Below are positions 47,605 to 50,163 of a stretch of DNA of 50,163 nt, in pieces. The translations under genes were made by a program, and so were the position numbers. Every line of letters starts with the position of its first letter. Position 1 is the stretch's first letter. The DNA lies in assembly GCA_041494685.1 (NCBI GenBank), contig JBGQBE010000021.1, forward strand, positions 1 through 50,163, read 5' to 3'. The DNA is from Dehalococcoidia bacterium. GTDB lineage: Bacteria; Chloroflexota; Dehalococcoidia; DSTF01; JACRBR01. Under the pieces are notes generated by a model, which was not told the origin of the DNA, searched no databases, and worked only from the letters and a program-made list of their open reading frames with translations.

Positions 47605-50163
47605 CGATCACACTGACCGTGGATGACATCAGCGTCGAAGTCGCCGACGGCAGCACCATCCTCGACGCCGTGTTGGCCACCGGCGGCCACGTGCCGCACC
47701 TCTGCAAGGACGACGACCAGCCGGCGATCGGCTCATGCCGCACCTGCCTCGTCGAGATCGACGGGCTGCGCGGCCTTCGCGCGAGCTGCCACACGCCGGC
47801 CGCGCCCGGCATGGCCGTGCGGAGCGCGAGCGAGGCCGCCGATCGCGTGCGCCGCACCGTCCTGCAGCTCACGTCGGCGATGGTCGACGCCGGCGCCGTG
47901 TCGTCCGCGCCCGGCGTGGGCGGCGGACTCAGCGCGGAACTCCAGCACTACGGCATCGAACCGGGACGCTTCGCTCCGCAGCCGCGCCCGCACCGCGACG
48001 ACAGCAACCCGTTCTTCCTGACGGACCTGAGCGCTTGCATCCTCTGCGGGCGGTGCGTCGAGGCCTGCCAGGACGTGCAGCACATCGGCGCGATCGCGAT
48101 CGCGGGCGCCCGCCGCCAGGCGCGCGTCGCGACGTTCATGGACAAGCCCGTCGCCGAGTCGATCTGCACGTCGTGCGGGCAGTGCGTGTCCGTCTGCCCG
48201 ACGGGAGCGCTCGTCAAGAAGCCGGCGCCGCCGCCCGTCGCGCCGAAAGAAGTGGCGACCACCTGCCCGTACTGCGGCGTCGGCTGCGGCATCCGGCTCC
48301 AGGTCGATGACACGCAACAGATCGTCGGCGTGCTCGACCAGCCCGCGAACCCGTCGAGCCAGGGCATGCTGTGCGTGAAGGGCCGCTTCGGCACGCCGTT
48401 CGTCCAGCACCCCGACCGCCTGACGGAGCCGCTGATCCGGCGCGACGGCCGCCTCGAGCCGGCGTCCTGGGACGAAGCGCTGGATCTCGTCGCACGTAAG
48501 CTCGTCGAGCACCGCTCATCGTTCGCGGCGCTGGCATCCGCGAAGGGCACGAACGAGGACGGGTACGTCTTCCAGAAGTTCGTCCGGCTGCTCATGGGCA
48601 CGAACAGCATCGACCACTGCTCGCGGCTCTGCCACGGCCCGTCGGTGAAGGCGATGATGCTGCAGATCGGCAGCGGAGCGACGAGCAACTCCTACGACGA
48701 CTACGAGGCGGCCGGCTGCCTGATGGTGGTCGGCAGCGACACCAGCTCGAACCACCCGGTCATCGCCTCCAGGCTGCGCCGCGCGATCGACACGCGCGGC
48801 ACGAAGTTGATCGTCGTGAACCCCACGCGCATCGATCTCTGCGACTACACCGACATGTGGCTGCGGCCGAACCCAGGCACGGACGTCGCGCTCTTCAACA
48901 GCCTGGCACGCGCCGTGCTCGACGAGGGACTCGAAGACCGCGACTTCATCGACCGCCGCACCGAGGACGCCGAAACGTGGCGCGCCAGCCTCGACGCGTA
49001 CGCGCCCGAGGCCACGGAGCGGGTGACCGGCGTGGCGGCCGAACTCGTGCGGCGCGCGGCGCGGACCTTCGCCAGGCCGCCGTTCTCGGGATCGTGCCTG
49101 CTGTGGGGCATGGGCGTCACACAGCACACCAACGGGACAGATAACGCCCACGCACTGGTCAACCTCGCCCTCGCGACGGGCCAGGTCGGCAAGCCCGGAT
49201 CGGGCATTTCGCCGCTCCGCGGACAGAACAACGTGCAGGGCTGCGGCGACGCCGGCTGCCTGCCGGATCAGCTGCCGGGGCTGCAGGGTCTCGGCGCCGG
49301 CGTGGTGCGGCAGTTCTCGGATGCGTGGGGCGGCGATCTCACGCCCGCGCCGGGCCTCACCGCTACGGAGATGATCGAAGAGGCCGCGGCGGGCAGACTC
49401 GACTGCATGTACATCGTCGGAGAGAACCCGCTGCTCAGCGAGCCGTTCCTGGCGCACGCCGAGGAGGCGATCGAGAGGCTCAAGTTCCTCGTCGTCCAGG
49501 AGATCTTCATGACCGAGACCGCGGCGCTGGCCAATGTCGTGCTGCCATCGACGTCGTTCGCCGAGAAGGAAGGCACGTTCACCAACAGTGAGCGCCGCGT
49601 GCAGCGCGTCCGACAGGCGATCGCGCCGGTGGGCCACAGCCGGGCCGACTGGGAGATCGTCTGCGACGTCGCCCGGCGCGTCGCCGCGCTGCTCGGACGC
49701 CCCGCGGACGGCTTCGACTTCCCGCACCCCGCCGCGATCTTCGACGAACTCGCGTCGCTGGCGCCGTCGATGGCGGGTATCTCGCACGCCCGGCTCGACC
49801 GCGACGGCGGCATCCAGTGGCCGTGCCCGACGCCCGATCACCCGGGCACGCCGCGCCTCTTCACCGAGACGTTCCCAACCGGCAGGGCGCGCTTCGTGCC
49901 CGTGACGCAGGGCCCGGCAGCCGCGGAGCTGCCGAGCCGCCGCTTCCCGTTCATCCTGAACACCGGCCGCGTGCTCTACCACTGGCACGGCGGCACCATG
50001 ACGCGCCGCGTGCGCGGCCTGCTCGCGCGCGCGCCGACGGTGCGCGTCGCGATCCATCCGCTCGACGCGGCGGAGCACGGCATCGCGGACCACGAGCAGG
50101 TCATGGTCACGTCGCGGCGCGGCGAACTCACCGGCGAGGCGCTGCTCACCGAGGCGGTGCGCC
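47601..50163 (+). CDS. fdhF: Formate dehydrogenase alpha subunit, Cys-type Mo/W-bisPGD enzyme (3' end runs off the window)
   Basis: Manual translation: HLC...GSCRTC...C, CILCGRCVEAC, CTSCGQCVSVCP, CPYCGVGC...CVKG, active site DHCSRLCH (TGC at 48630), LRGQNNVQG, LNTGRVLYHWH. Spot checks are in frame to the window end. Confidence 0.93.
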   Translation, partial: MTITLTVDDISVEVADGSTILDAVLATGGHVPHLCKDDDQPAIGSCRTCLVEIDGLRGLRASCHTPAAPGMAVRSASEAADRVRRTVLQLTSAMVDAGAVSSAPGVGGGLSAELQHYGIEPGRFAPQPRPHRDDSNPFFLTDLSACILCGRCVEACQDVQHIGAIAIAGARRQARVATFMDKPVAESICTSCGQCVSVCPTGALVKKPAPPPVAPKEVATTCPYCGVGCGIRLQVDDTQQIVGVLDQPANPSSQGMLCVKGRFGTPFVQHPDRLTEPLIRRDGRLEPASWDEALDLVARKLVEHRSSFAALASAKGTNEDGYVFQKFVRLLMGTNSIDHCSRLCHGPSVKAMMLQIGSGATSNSYDDYEAAGCLMVVGSDTSSNHPVIASRLRRAIDTRGTKLIVVNPTRIDLCDYTDMWLRPNPGTDVALFNSLARAVLDEGLEDRDFIDRRTEDAETWRASLDAYAPEATERVTGVAAELVRRAARTFARPPFSGSCLLWGMGVTQHTNGTDNAHALVNLALATGQVGKPGSGISPLRGQNNVQGCGDAGCLPDQLPGLQGLGAGVVRQFSDAWGGDLTPAPGLTATEMIEEAAAGRLDCMYIVGENPLLSEPFLAHAEEAIERLKFLVVQEIFMTETAALANVVLPSTSFAEKEGTFTNSERRVQRVRQAIAPVGHSRADWEIVCDVARRVAALLGRPADGFDFPHPAAIFDELASLAPSMAGISHARLDRDGGIQWPCPTPDHPGTPRLFTETFPTGRARFVPVTQGPAAAELPSRRFPFILNTGRVLYHWHGGTMTRRVRGLLARAPTVRVAIHPLDAAEHGIADHEQVMVTSRRGELTGEALLTEAVR

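Noticed and set aside
48630..48632. Possible selenocysteine in FDH
   Set aside because: The codon is TGC (Cys); the ORF is missing from the track only because it lacks a stop in the window.

Overview
High-GC bacterial chromosomal segment. Lipoprotein solute-binding proteins and the gene content suggest a monoderm such as Chloroflexota/Dehalococcoidia (inference). No rRNA, tRNA, CRISPR array or transposase was recognised. Contents in order: (1) a menaquinone operon tetR-menF-menD-menH-menB, divergent from menG, with face-to-face promoters around one palindromic operator; (2) an uncharacterised module of two paralogous membrane-embedded Ser-Asp-His hydrolases flanking a SARP/BTAD-STAND-TPR activator, plus an 81-aa gene whose promoter carries SARP-type direct repeats and an 83-nt 5' hairpin; (3) MarR, a bacterial aeRF1-like (baeRF) protein, UPF0182, pirin, patatin and an Rv2004c-like APH/AAA_33 protein; (4) a Ugp-like ABC importer; (5) acsA-pdhA-pdhB-pdhC-ACP without E3, then GNAT, Zn-ADH, a COG2403 ATPase (candidate arginine synthetase ArcE) and carbamate kinase; (6) lipid-related genes and a sugar ABC importer; (7) an NAD-linked formate dehydrogenase (fused NuoE-NuoF plus a Cys-type alpha subunit running off the window). 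A degenerate GGGCC-N4-GGCCC box recurs at about 22-bp spacing, abutting the -35 position of several promoters, which suggests a DosR/OsdR-like dormancy regulon. All calls come from motif reading; no database searches were run.
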